From Rhizodiscina lignyota (Eukaryota): a DNA stretch of 64,000 nucleotides. The translations under genes and the position numbers were made by a program. The stretch spans positions 124,001 to 188,000 of the forward strand of contig ML978136.1 in assembly GCA_010015805.1 (NCBI GenBank), in the 5' to 3' direction. The notes beneath the pieces are model-generated. The model saw only the letters and a list, made by a program, of their open reading frames with translations, had not been told where the DNA came from and did not search any database. How positions within the stretch are numbered: the stretch's first letter is position 1; each line of letters opens with the position of its first letter. Shown piece after piece: positions 36,493 to 47,388 of the stretch.

Positions 36493-37635
36493 ATGGCCAC
36501 AATGAAAGGGAAATGGACCAAAATCGCATCGTCGAGCAGCATTCAGCGCTCCTCTCAGGTGCTCAGCGTGGTCAACAACAACCTCGACAACAACGCTCTC
36601 ATTTTCGGAGGCGAGCTCAAGCCTCGTCAACCCGTTGACGACAAAGTCTACTCAATACCACTATCCGGCCCCAGCGATGTCCAAATCCTGCATGTACCAA
36701 AGTGCGACGTTCCTCCTGCGCGTGTAGGGTCTGCTTCAGCAACAATAGGAGATACGCTCTATCTTTTCTCTGGCCGAGGAGGGCCTTCTATGAAACCACT
36801 GGATGAAGCAGGTAGTCTATGGGCGCTTTCTCTGAATTCCACTCCGTCTGAATCTGAAGAATTTGGCCCCCTGTCAGAAACCGTGAATCCGACATGGTCT
36901 CTCATCCCCCCGACAACTTCCATCTCAGCTTCGCCTCCTGCTTCGCGTGATGGTAGCAAATACAACGGTGGCTCGCTGAAATGTGCGTGGCCCGACCCTC
37001 GGTCTTACCATGCCATGACCTCTGATGGCCAGGGAACGATCTACCTCCACGCAGGTTGTCCATCTGTGGGCCGCCTCACAGACCTCTGGGCATTCCAGCT
37101 TCACGCTCGACGATGGATCAGGCTTGCTGATGCACCGTCCCCTGCTCGCGGTGGTACCAGTATCACTTTCGCACACAAGCTGGGAGAAACGTGCGGCAAA
37201 CTATACCGGATGAACGGATTCGATGGGAAAAACGAACAAGGCGGCGCCATTGATGTGTATGATCTGGAGATGGACTATTGGAGTAGTATCAAGTTCAAAG
37301 CAGACGGCATCGAGGGTCCAGAACCGCGAAGTGTCGGGTGCTTGCTACACATAATCATTGCAGGGCGAGAGTGTCTTGTAACGTTTGGTGGAGAACGAGA
37401 TCCGAGTAGTCTAGGGCATGAAGGAGCAGGAAAGATGCTGGGAGATGCATGGGTGTGGGATTTGGTTGCCGGTGGTTGGAGCCGCGTCGAAGTTGAAGGC
37501 GAGGAGCCATGTGCTCGAGGATGGTTTGCTGCTGATGCAGTGAGAAGAGCTGACGGGACAGATGGGATTGTGGTGCACGGTGGTCTGGACGAGCAGAACC
37601 AAAGAATGGGGGACGTATGGGTACTCACACTCTAG
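36493..37635 (+). CDS. Kelch-repeat beta-propeller protein, nitrile-specifier-protein-like
   Basis: Kelch blades LIFGGE, LYLFSGR, PRSYHAM, PARGG, FGGERDPSSLGHEG, ARGWFA, VVHGGL. Confidence 0.85.
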   Translation: MATMKGKWTKIASSSSIQRSSQVLSVVNNNLDNNALIFGGELKPRQPVDDKVYSIPLSGPSDVQILHVPKCDVPPARVGSASATIGDTLYLFSGRGGPSMKPLDEAGSLWALSLNSTPSESEEFGPLSETVNPTWSLIPPTTSISASPPASRDGSKYNGGSLKCAWPDPRSYHAMTSDGQGTIYLHAGCPSVGRLTDLWAFQLHARRWIRLADAPSPARGGTSITFAHKLGETCGKLYRMNGFDGKNEQGGAIDVYDLEMDYWSSIKFKADGIEGPEPRSVGCLLHIIIAGRECLVTFGGERDPSSLGHEGAGKMLGDAWVWDLVAGGWSRVEVEGEEPCARGWFAADAVRRADGTDGIVVHGGLDEQNQRMGDVWVLTL

Positions 37636-37998
37636 GACGCAACCGCGCCTTTGAAATCTGCGACTGATCTTACTGTCTTTGAAGGCAGAACAAGTCGGAC
37701 ATGGCCATGGAAACCAGAGCGGATAACGAGTGGGAAATATTTTATTGAGGTACAGAGCAACATCAGACGCAGGAAATCCGACCAGGACCCGGGTACTTCT
37801 CCGGGGCTCGTTCTCGGTCAAAATCTGAAACATATATGCTATGCCCATCCTAACATAGAACGGGATAATTTCGGGCTAAGCCCTTGTAGCTGTAGTATTA
37901 TCCGAGGTTTACCCTCTCTGTACATCAATCGAATATGAAACTTCGCCCCGTAAAATACACTTCGAAGACATCATGCTCCATGCTGCACAGCGAACATA

Positions 37999-39975
37999 AT
38001 GGCAAAGGCTGGCTCCTTGTCTGCCATTATCATCTTCTCAGAGCTTCTTTCTACTGTCTTTCCTCTTGGATTCCTATTCTCCTCGACTCTGAGAATAGCG
38101 TCATGGATCGCGTTATGGACCTTGCGCAACGACCGAGACCCATCAAGGCAAGGCGACATGCTCCTTTCCCTTGTATTCGGGCTCTGTGATCTTCGCAATC
38201 CGGCTCTTATACTGCTGCGAAATGTCACGACCTTCCACGTGTATGTTTCAGCTTGTCTAGTCACGATACTCTCCATTGGTTTACATAAGGCATCTTTTCT
38301 CCAGTCTGAGAAAGCCAGCCTCGATAAGACGATATGTCCTTTGCAGCATCAATTCAACTATCCTCTAATATTTCCTTCACGCACAACCCATACACGAATG
38401 TTCCCAAAGGTACATTCCTTCTCGTACTCGTACCTAATAGTGTCCATCCCTATTGGATTCCACGGCACGGTCGGGCGCCTGTTATCAGTTGATACAAAAG
38501 AGAGCAAGGGTTGGTTCCATGTTCAAGCTTCAGACTATCTCGAACGCGATAACTCGCTACCGGACTTGGAGAGCAAACTTCGCCACTATCTCAAAAGTCA
38601 AGGAGTGCATGGCAATGAGTGGCAATACGCGTACCTCGTCACTGCACCACGCTTCTTAGGCTATTCATTCAATCCTGCATCATTTTGGTATCTCTATGAT
38701 CAGAAGCACGTTCTGAAAAAGATGATCATCGAAGTCAATAATACGTTTGGCGAGAGGAGAATGTATCTTCTCAATCATGAGACTCTCGACTCCAATGAAA
38801 TTGACAGCCAAACTGATATAAGCAAGCTTCCGTTCAAGCACTCATGGGAGAAGGATTTCCATGTATCACCATTCAACTCCAGAAAGGGCTCTTACACTCT
38901 GGCAGCGGAAGACCCCTTCTCTTCAGGCAAATCAACACCTGGACATATCAGCAATACACTTGTTTTGCGGTCTTCAAAGGGACACGCAAAGATCATTGCC
39001 CGATTATACTCTGATAGAAAAGCGATCGATCCGCGGATTCTTGGATTTGTAGAGACGATCAAGTTTCTCTCGCGTTGGTGGTGGGTTGGGCTCTTGTCCT
39101 TCCCTCGAATCCTGAAAGAGGCTTTCAAACTTTTTTTCTCCCGAAAACTACACATATGGTTCAGGCCAGAGGTGCTGCAAAGCAGCATTGGGAGGAGTTC
39201 CACCAACATTGAGAAAGAGCTAGAGACATTCTTCCGCCGATATATTAAGAACACCGTCGACAACAGCGTAGTTCCGCTTCGAGTCACATACAAACCGGCT
39301 GGAGGACCGGCAGACACTTTTTGTTCAGGAGCAGTTTCGGACAACAAGCCTGATAGTAGCAGATACTTAGAAATCCGAGTTTTGACACCCGCTTTCTACA
39401 GCCGTTTCGTTCACTACTCCTACACTTCGGAAGCCTTCGATCGCGAATCGCTCTTCACGGACGAGAAGAACCGCACAGTCTGGATATCGGACCCAGAGTT
39501 ACTCTATTTGCTCTTTCCCAACCGGGAACAATCATCAGATGTGTCCAGCACACTACATCGAGCCAGCCGACTCGATAGTGTGCGGTGGAAAGTACACAAG
39601 ACCTTACGCTGTTCCCCGGCGCCACCTGCTTACCCAGTGATGCCTGCTTCCCCAGAAATGCGCATCACGGACATACGACCATCTGTTCTGTCACCTCTCG
39701 ACAGCTTCGTGCAGAGTTCATGTTCTGATGGGTGGCTTTATCGCAGGTGCTGCACGACGCTATTTCTGGCGAATCGATTCGCATTTGGCATTCCTGAAAT
39801 TGTCTCAGCTGTCGATCTCGGAGTGCGAATTCTATTGTGCATCTGTTTCACGATTCGGGCACTCGTTGGATTTGACGCTCTAGATCTCGGCTGGACTGAG
39901 ATAATGAGATGTTTGAAGCACGTTATTTCTCTGCATTCCTTGTACATATGGTCATGCGTCAAAGGACTGTCGTAA
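37999..39975 (+). CDS. Fungal DUF1365 family protein
   Basis: THTRMFPKVHSFSYSYL, LVTAPRFLGYSFNPASFWY, EVNNTFGERRMY, KDFHVSPFN. Confidence 0.85.
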   Translation: MAKAGSLSAIIIFSELLSTVFPLGFLFSSTLRIASWIALWTLRNDRDPSRQGDMLLSLVFGLCDLRNPALILLRNVTTFHVYVSACLVTILSIGLHKASFLQSEKASLDKTICPLQHQFNYPLIFPSRTTHTRMFPKVHSFSYSYLIVSIPIGFHGTVGRLLSVDTKESKGWFHVQASDYLERDNSLPDLESKLRHYLKSQGVHGNEWQYAYLVTAPRFLGYSFNPASFWYLYDQKHVLKKMIIEVNNTFGERRMYLLNHETLDSNEIDSQTDISKLPFKHSWEKDFHVSPFNSRKGSYTLAAEDPFSSGKSTPGHISNTLVLRSSKGHAKIIARLYSDRKAIDPRILGFVETIKFLSRWWWVGLLSFPRILKEAFKLFFSRKLHIWFRPEVLQSSIGRSSTNIEKELETFFRRYIKNTVDNSVVPLRVTYKPAGGPADTFCSGAVSDNKPDSSRYLEIRVLTPAFYSRFVHYSYTSEAFDRESLFTDEKNRTVWISDPELLYLLFPNREQSSDVSSTLHRASRLDSVRWKVHKTLRCSPAPPAYPVMPASPEMRITDIRPSVLSPLDSFVQSSCSDGWLYRRCCTTLFLANRFAFGIPEIVSAVDLGVRILLCICFTIRALVGFDALDLGWTEIMRCLKHVISLHSLYIWSCVKGLS

Positions 39976-40169
39976 AGCTCTTTCAGAGCAATGACATGGC
40001 TGTGCATACAAAATTAAGAGCATCATCCATTTGACGCTCTTTGGTATGAATACTGCAGCTCCGAATGCCCACACCTCTAACGGGTGTTGCCAAACTACCC
40101 GTCACCCGTGTGGATTTCAAAAGAGTATTTTTTGAGATCACCACATGATCAAGACCAACTTGAAACCCT

Positions 40170-41843
40170 TCACAATTTCAATGAATTTCCTGCCTTTGTC
40201 AAGTCACTCACGCCGGTCTTCTGATCGGGAAGCTGTTTTCGAAGAATCTTGGTATTCGCATTCTTTGGAAGGACTAACACTTCCCAGACACCTCCCCGCA
40301 GCTTTTTGTACCCGCTGACTTGCGCGTCGACAATACTTCGAATGTCTCTCAGGACTTGAACCTTCTTTTGCTGACTGTTCACGTGTTCTCGAAGAACCAC
40401 GTATGCCGTTGGAAGCTCAGTGAGCTGCTCCGCATCCCAAACACCTCCGACGGCGGCCTCGACAACGTCAGGATGTGCATTGATGTATGACTCTAGCTCG
40501 GTGGGGCTCACTTGGAAGCCCTTGTACTTCACGAGCTCTTTCGTACGGCCAACGATCTGGAAATACCCTTCAGGCGAGAATGTGCAGACATCGCCTGTGT
40601 TGTACCAACCGTCTCCCTTGAACGCAGCTTTCGTCGCTTCCTCGTTGAAGACATATCCGGAGGTCATGTTCGGCCCACGGAGCCACATCTCCCCTGGAGC
40701 ACCTTCCGGCGCGTCTTTAGTTCCATCCTCGATCCGAAGAACTGCTTCTATTCCTGGCAAGAGGGTCCCAATTTTACCGAGTGGAAGCTTTTCAGTTACT
40801 CTCTGGAAGGCCACGTACGGCGCTGCTTCGGTCATCCCATACAAGCAGAGAGGCTGCCAGTTGCCTCTGCTGAGCAAGCGACGGTACGTCTCTTCTTGCA
40901 TAGGCAACCCACCGGCTACCAGATACCGCACCGTTGAGAAATCGTAGCGCTGTGTCAGGTCCGTGTTCGCTATAGACAAGGCTACGGATGCGACTGCTTG
41001 CACGTAGTTCGCTTTGTTGTCTTGCACCATCTGTCCAAATTTATCTACATTGTAAGAGGGCATGATGCAGTGGAGCATCCCCGTCCACGGGCCTAAGAAG
41101 AGGGGGATCGTTGTATTTGCGATATGCACGAAAGGCGTGTATGAGACAATTCTGACATTCGAGTTCCAGTTGTCCGGAGCGTGCTGAAAGAGCTGAGAGA
41201 CATTGGCGACGTAATTGAAATGGCTCAGAGCAACACCTTTAGGATTGCCGGTAGTACCGCTCGACAAATGGATCGATGCAAGCCTCGATTTTGTGTCTTC
41301 GTAATGAGGAACATCGAGTCTGCGCTGTCTGAGATATCGTTCGACATCCGGAAAATCTTTCGAATTTCCCAACACAGTGATGATGCGAGGTGTGGTAAAT
41401 TCTAAGCCCTCAGCCTTCGCCCTGCTCAGTGCAAGATCGACGGCTTGGAGAATAGATTGAAGGACCGGTTCATATACGGCAACGAAGTGAGGTCTCGACA
41501 CCACAATCGCGTGAGCAATCTCAGCAGGCTTCAACACGTGATTGATCGGGCAGCAGACTCCACCAAGCCAGAGCACAGAATGGAATATCTCGACATAATT
41601 GACGCTGTTCGGAATGATCAGTGCCCATCGACTCTGATCAACTGGCTGAAAGGCATCTTTAAAGCCGGCTGCTAGACGTCCGGCACGATCTCGAAGGCCA
41701 TCGAGGGTGATTTCACGTCCAGTGAGAGAATCCTTTGATATCAAGTGATCGCCTTTAAGGTCAGATCGGGCCGTTGTATGAAGAAGCTCGGTGAGGTTCA
41801 GGTTGCGGGGAATGTCAATGTCTCCGTTCTTGTAGACACGCAT
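40170..41843 (-). CDS. AMP-binding acyl-CoA ligase (4-coumarate/phenylacetate-CoA ligase-like)
   Basis: SSGTTGNPKGV, YGMTE, GEMWLRGP, YNTGD, GRTKELVKYKGFQVSPTELE, PKNANTKILRK; ends -SLKL. Confidence 0.92.
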   Translation of the reverse strand: MRVYKNGDIDIPRNLNLTELLHTTARSDLKGDHLISKDSLTGREITLDGLRDRAGRLAAGFKDAFQPVDQSRWALIIPNSVNYVEIFHSVLWLGGVCCPINHVLKPAEIAHAIVVSRPHFVAVYEPVLQSILQAVDLALSRAKAEGLEFTTPRIITVLGNSKDFPDVERYLRQRRLDVPHYEDTKSRLASIHLSSGTTGNPKGVALSHFNYVANVSQLFQHAPDNWNSNVRIVSYTPFVHIANTTIPLFLGPWTGMLHCIMPSYNVDKFGQMVQDNKANYVQAVASVALSIANTDLTQRYDFSTVRYLVAGGLPMQEETYRRLLSRGNWQPLCLYGMTEAAPYVAFQRVTEKLPLGKIGTLLPGIEAVLRIEDGTKDAPEGAPGEMWLRGPNMTSGYVFNEEATKAAFKGDGWYNTGDVCTFSPEGYFQIVGRTKELVKYKGFQVSPTELESYINAHPDVVEAAVGGVWDAEQLTELPTAYVVLREHVNSQQKKVQVLRDIRSIVDAQVSGYKKLRGGVWEVLVLPKNANTKILRKQLPDQKTGVSDLTKAGNSLKL

Positions 41844-42191
41844 AACTGCGGACTGTGATCAAAGTCAGATTGATTGCAATATAATTGAATCTGCACTTCA
41901 ATTTTTCCAGAGCCATTTCGAATATGCGCAGCAAACATATCAACCATTCCCCGTGCAAATTGGAGTGCCGCAGCGGGGCTGCTGAGTGGTTTGCCGAACG
42001 AACGCGTCGTCTCACCGCGGCCACCTCTCCCGACGCGCTTCAACGAAATACTAGTATTTCGAGTAGCGACAACACTTGGCCGAACCCTCTTCCTGTCGAT
42101 GCCAGTCTGTCACACGCAGTTGACTGATCACTGCTGCACTGTAATAATAAAAGACGATAGACCGGACATTGCTCGGCTCTCCAGCCTTGGT

Positions 42192-42197
42192 CCGAGG
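42192..42197. promoter_or_regulatory. CCGAGG (FarA/FarB-type site) in the divergent ligase/hydratase promoter
   Basis: Exact hexamer ~100 bp upstream of the hydratase ATG; an inverted CTCGG half-site lies at 42172-42176. Confidence 0.45.
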
Positions 42198-42296
42198 CAC
42201 AGTGCTCTCACCGCAGCAATCTGATATATGATCTGAGAAATACGAGCAGGCCATTTGGTGCAAACGGGAAAGATACAGACTTATCTCTCAGCAGCC

Positions 42297-43133
42297 ATGG
42301 ATTTCGCAAACCAATTGGCCACGACGCCCCCTCAGGATTTGGGGTTCCTGAAGCTTTCATACCCTTCCGAGCGAGTTGTTCTCGTCACCATGAATCGCCC
42401 GAGGGACCTCAATTGCATCAACAAAGCCGCTTCAGAAGAGATGGACGTCGTATTCAAATGGCTCGACGATGAGCCGAACCTCTCTGTCGCAATTCTCACT
42501 GGCGCGGGAAGAGCGTTTTGTGCAGGCGCAGATCTGAAAGAGTGGAATGCCTCAATGGCTCCTGGCTCAGACCCCAAGAAGCGAGTGGCGGCGGGAGGAG
42601 CAAAGCCATTTAGTCGGCGGCTCGGCAAGAAGCCTGTGATCGGGGCTATTAATGGGCTTGCCATGGGTGGCGGCATGGAATTCACGGCAAACTGTGATGT
42701 TGTCGTTGCATCTGAGAAAGCCGTCTTTTGCTTACCGGAGGTGAAGCGCGGCGTCTCTCCCTTTGCAGGTGTGCTACCACGACTCATTAGAACTGTCGGG
42801 TTGCAGCGAGCGTCGGAGTTTGCGCTGACCGGACGGACGATGGATGCTCAGGAAGCACTTTTATGGGGATTCGTGAATAAGGTCGTCGGACCCGAACAGC
42901 TTATACCAGAAGCGCTTCGATACGCTTCGCTCATTGCAGAAAACAGCCCAGACTCAATCATATGCACGAGAAATGGTCTGAGACAGGGCTGGGAGTCTGG
43001 TTCTGTGGAGAGAGCAACCGATATCACGTTGGAGCGGGACTTCAGCGAACTTCTGAAAGGGGAAAATATCAAAGAGGGATTAAGAGCATTTGTCGAAAAA
43101 AGGAAGCCCCAGTGGAGACCCAGTCGACTTTGA
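42297..43133 (+). CDS. Enoyl-CoA hydratase/isomerase (crotonase family), peroxisomal PTS1 -SRL
   Basis: AFCAGADLKE, KPVIGAINGLAMGGGME, LPEVKRG, EGLRAFVEKRKP; C-terminus SRL; ATG 42297 in gccATGg context. Confidence 0.93.
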   Translation: MDFANQLATTPPQDLGFLKLSYPSERVVLVTMNRPRDLNCINKAASEEMDVVFKWLDDEPNLSVAILTGAGRAFCAGADLKEWNASMAPGSDPKKRVAAGGAKPFSRRLGKKPVIGAINGLAMGGGMEFTANCDVVVASEKAVFCLPEVKRGVSPFAGVLPRLIRTVGLQRASEFALTGRTMDAQEALLWGFVNKVVGPEQLIPEALRYASLIAENSPDSIICTRNGLRQGWESGSVERATDITLERDFSELLKGENIKEGLRAFVEKRKPQWRPSRL

Positions 43134-43367
43134 AAAAGTCTTTATCGGTGCGGTTGTGCCATGAGCAAAGCTTTACGAAATGCTTATTCTCAAAAATGCT
43201 GTTGTGGAATCAATGTTTCGCAATGCTCAACTTCCATTTGACAAGAACAAACTGCAGTAGGCATCCCGATCACTCCGTGCATCCCGACTATCCCGACCTG
43301 GTCGCTCGAGGCAGATGCTCGTCACCGCCAATGCAATGAAGATCTCCGCGCATATCAGCGCCCACAC

Positions 43368-44708
43368 TCACACCTTTCCGGCCAACTTCCATCCGGTCCT
43401 CGCCATCCTTGCGATGCCAAGAAACACCGATCCTGCCAGCATGGTCACTCCAGCCCAAATCTTGGCACCATCGTAACTGCCGTTCTGTCCTTGGACGATA
43501 GCTCCAGTCACAGGACTCCCAATGAGACTCGCTAGGCCCAGTGCCATGAATACCAGACCCATCCGGCCACCAAAGGTGTTCAAATCTTTCGTCATTGATG
43601 CCGTCGAAGCTGGAGGTAGCGCGATTGCTGTGCCGGAAAAGAAACCGTACAGAACAGCGATTGTCATGAGTGGCCCGATTGTGCGAGTTGGCAGCCAGGT
43701 GAGAACGAGAATACCGGATACGAGAATGGCAGGAGCCTGGAGATTGAGCGGCCCAGTGAAATCTGACCAGTAGTTGGGGATTGTGCGGCCCAATACTGAA
43801 GCTGCATTCACGATTGGTAAGATGTAGAATAGCGGGAGTCCTTTCGAGTCTACGTGAGTGGCAATCGCCCACTCCTCCACGAAGTTGTAGAAGGTGAAAA
43901 ACCCAAGAAAGGTGACGAATATACCGGCCTCGTAGAAGGCAAAGGCAGGTTCTCCAAGTGCCTGATAATAGATGAAGGTGCCGCGTTTTCGTGGCGGTAG
44001 TCGTTGTCGCAACACAGCAAGAGAGATAGAAAGTGTGCCTAAAGCGACGAACGCAAGAATGCGAACAGCCCAAGGAAATCCGACCTTAGGGATCAGCTCG
44101 TGTACTAGTATGGGGTATATGATCCCGCCAACGGAAGAGCCACCAGTGACAATACCAGTGGCAAAGCCGCGGCGCTTCACAAACCAGACGCTGGGCATGC
44201 CAACGGCTGGAATCAGGCATAATGCCATACCAACCCCAGTGCAGATGCCCTGTGCCAGCATAAATTGATAGTATTTTGTCGCCAGACTCGTCATCATCAT
44301 GCCAAACACAATCAAGAAGCTGCCGGTCCATATCATGGGACGGAAATACCCGCCATCAAACCACTTGCCGGTGAGAGCGGCGCCAAAGGTGAGGAGGAAG
44401 ACTTGAACCGATCCGATCCACGCAATGGTAGAGGGCGAATCCTCGTCGGTGATACCCCCTGAAGTGTAATAGGTTTGGAATGTTCCATACGCAACGACGA
44501 TGCCCCATCCGTTGAACATCAGAAAGAAACCCCCCAGGACCTGAAGCCATGGCAAAATTCCCACGTCTGGAGGGTGTATAGCATCTTCCTTTGGCGAAGA
44601 TTCCTCCGCGTTGGCAGGAGGTACGAAAATATCGATCGTTTCATCATCGTTTGAGCCTTTCTCTATGCCGACAGGCACTCGGTCGGTGTCTCGGCGGTTG
44701 TCGGCCAT
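43368..44708 (-). CDS. MFS monocarboxylate transporter (Mch/MCT family)
   Basis: PPDVGILPWLQVLGGF, IAWIGSVQ, YYQFMLAQGICTGVG, WFVKRRGFATGI, GFPWAVR; ~12 hydrophobic segments. Confidence 0.92.
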   Translation of the reverse strand: MADNRRDTDRVPVGIEKGSNDDETIDIFVPPANAEESSPKEDAIHPPDVGILPWLQVLGGFFLMFNGWGIVVAYGTFQTYYTSGGITDEDSPSTIAWIGSVQVFLLTFGAALTGKWFDGGYFRPMIWTGSFLIVFGMMMTSLATKYYQFMLAQGICTGVGMALCLIPAVGMPSVWFVKRRGFATGIVTGGSSVGGIIYPILVHELIPKVGFPWAVRILAFVALGTLSISLAVLRQRLPPRKRGTFIYYQALGEPAFAFYEAGIFVTFLGFFTFYNFVEEWAIATHVDSKGLPLFYILPIVNAASVLGRTIPNYWSDFTGPLNLQAPAILVSGILVLTWLPTRTIGPLMTIAVLYGFFSGTAIALPPASTASMTKDLNTFGGRMGLVFMALGLASLIGSPVTGAIVQGQNGSYDGAKIWAGVTMLAGSVFLGIARMARTGWKLAGKV

Positions 44709-44928
44709 GAAACGGAGGATGAAGTCTTGAGAAACGAGCTTACATTGAAGAGAAGCGTGCACAAACGCCTACTCTGGATAGTAGAGGAGCAATGCAAGGC
44801 AAAGAGAAATTGAAGCTTTTGGCTAAAATTACGAAAATGGAAAGAATACAAACCGAGATGGGCATATAACTAAATGCTGAAAGACCACAATCGGCATGAC
44901 TCGAAAGAATCCTCTACGATCAACGTAT

Positions 44929-44934
44929 CCTCGG
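44929..44934. promoter_or_regulatory. CCTCGG (FarA/FarB-type site) upstream of the MFS gene
   Basis: Exact hexamer ~220 bp upstream of the MFS ATG. Confidence 0.35.
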
Positions 44935-47388
44935 GTGTTCATTTGAATTCCATATCCCTAGTGCCCGCGGAGAACAAGAACTGTTGTACATACCTCCTCA
45001 TTATAAACTTCGCTCGTGACTGAGGAAGCAAGTAAATGTATGTAATCTTCGGCGACTTCTTCCCGTACACATGAGGTAGCCTCGACACTATTTTGCGGTG
45101 GACTCCAACCTTTCCGCGCGACTGCGGAATGAAAGAGCACAGCTCGTCTCTCCATTTGGACCATTAGGAGAGTTGATGACTTCTGGGAATAAGAATGAGG
45201 ACGATTCTCATTTCCGGGAACGATTGTTCGGTTGAAACGCGGGAGTCCGGCACACTTTTGAAGGCGTTCAGAGAGATTAAAGTAGGGGAAAGGCGATCGC
45301 TTAAACAGATGTGGAAGGAAGCCGAGCTAGCCAATCACAGGGCAGACCGCGATGCAATCGGCGCTAGATATACTTCCGACGTCTGGAGAAGCAGTTGTCG
45401 GCCGTTAGCAGCACATGTCGGCCGTTGGCGCGCAAGCAGCCGCTCTGGAGATACACATCGAAGAAGAAGCAAAGGACTTTGATGCTTCAGGAATTCCTAA
45501 CGAGGGTACTGACGTACGCAGCAGTGACGTCCGCGCGTGAGATTGTGAAATATTACTCCGGACAGGCCCAAAGAAACATCGACCGCGTGCATTATATGCG
45601 TGAGCACCGGGTAAAGTATTTGATCAGGATGCGTTCTCTATCACCAATTTCGGCCTTGCGTCGCCTGGATGCTGACTCAGTCAGTGCTTTGGGCGGAATC
45701 GACTGACACGATCGCGGGTCAAAGTGCTCAAACGGTGATCGAACTGGCTGGATAATGCTACATGGCCTTGTTTTCTGCTTCAGTATTTGAGAATATGGTT
45801 GTATTCGATGCGCACCAGAGTCGCGGTTTCGGTTTGTTCTCATCATTTGCATCCCGGCGTTCAACGGAATTCCGGTAGGGGAGAGCAGCATGTTACCATA
45901 TGTCCAGCAAGTTAAGCTTAAGTCTCACTGCATCAATGCTTCGTTCTGTGGGAAAGTGCACTCCTCCCATGAGCTCCTTAACGTTGCTTATGTACGTAAG
46001 GTGATGATATCATTAATCGCAGCCGACAAACGTGACGAGCATGGGGACTTATCACTTACTGTAGCTAATTTGACGTGAAGCCCTGGATATACAGTCCCCC
46101 AAGCACATGGTAACTGCGAGCCTTGATCAACGCATTGTCCAACTATGGACTTGAGGTGATGCACAAAACCGTCGAAATCGCACTAATGTAAGAGATACCT
46201 GTTTGGTTTTCTGAATTGCGATATCAGGTAAATGCCTTTGCATATTAGCTGCAAAATCTCTTGCGCCAGGCGCCCCTGAGTGAATATATTTAGCTAGAAG
46301 ATGAGGATTAGGAATCGCAGGAATACGCAATCAGGTATGGTCGATCTTGGCGAAATTTTTTAAATCTTGAATGACATGTCTGGAAAATGATGTTGCTGAA
46401 TTGATATTTGAGATGTCAAACTCGATTCGTGTGATCAGAGTTGACGGTATGGAGGACTGTGTGTGAAAGGTAAGCGAAGCAGGCAAAGCGGTAAGATCAA
46501 GACGTCGAAAACTGCCCATGTTAAGGCCCCTGAGATATGTCAACCCCTGTATACTACTTATGGTATCTATTGCGATACCTCCAAGTCAATTTGCAAACAA
46601 TTGCTCTTGCGACGAAAATAGATATTCGAAAGATGTAGCTTCAACGAATACAAACCTGTCTGATTGGGTGCAGAGCGATGCAACGAGATTCATCACCAAA
46701 TAAGGCGAATTAAGTCCGAGGCGATGCATCAGCGAGGCCTTTTTTTGTCGTGATCGTGGCGCCATTGGCTTTCACGGATCATCGTGATAGGTGTCTCGCT
46801 TGTTTTGTGCATCGCCTTCGTTCATGGTCGGCGCTGTAGAAAGGATTGGAATCGAGCTAGGTAATGGTCTTGATGAGCTCGACAAATCCTTGGAGGCGAT
46901 GTCCAGATGTGTCGATTTTCACGAAACGTCGATCTCAATCCAGCATCCTGGACATCGTAGGGCGGAGGCCAAAGCTGCCAGGACGTTCACTGGATGGCAC
47001 GTTTCGAGGCGAAAAAAAGCCACGTTCTGGCGCCACTGAGTGGGTTAGCCTCCGCACGAGCTTGTTGCCGAAAAGCTTAGCTGGCTGCAGGTGTATCTCA
47101 TAACTTGCAGGCTAGGGAGGTGATTACTGACCATACTGGAATTGTAGTGTGAGGGCTGGTCCCGCGGTTTGTTCCAGCGAATGAACGCACAGAGCGGGCT
47201 GCGTAGCGCGGCAGGGGCGTTGCGGCTATACAGCTTTAGTCAGCTCCCCCAGCGCTGACGGCTTACCTAAAATATGTCTGGCGACGAGGGCATGGAAGCG
47301 AAAGAAACGCGTTCACGAGGTTTCATTATCGGGGAGAAAACGGCCTATATCTTGTGTGGAATCGAATGAGTCGGATCCGCAACGACCG

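Noticed and set aside
43260..43300. Short catcccga repeats
   Set aside because: Three degenerate 7-8-mers in a 3' intergenic region; too small to interpret and not CRISPR-like
45000..47300. 2.3-kb intergenic stretch as a possible transposon relic
   Set aside because: No terminal repeats, transposase or RT motifs, or strong RIP signature visible
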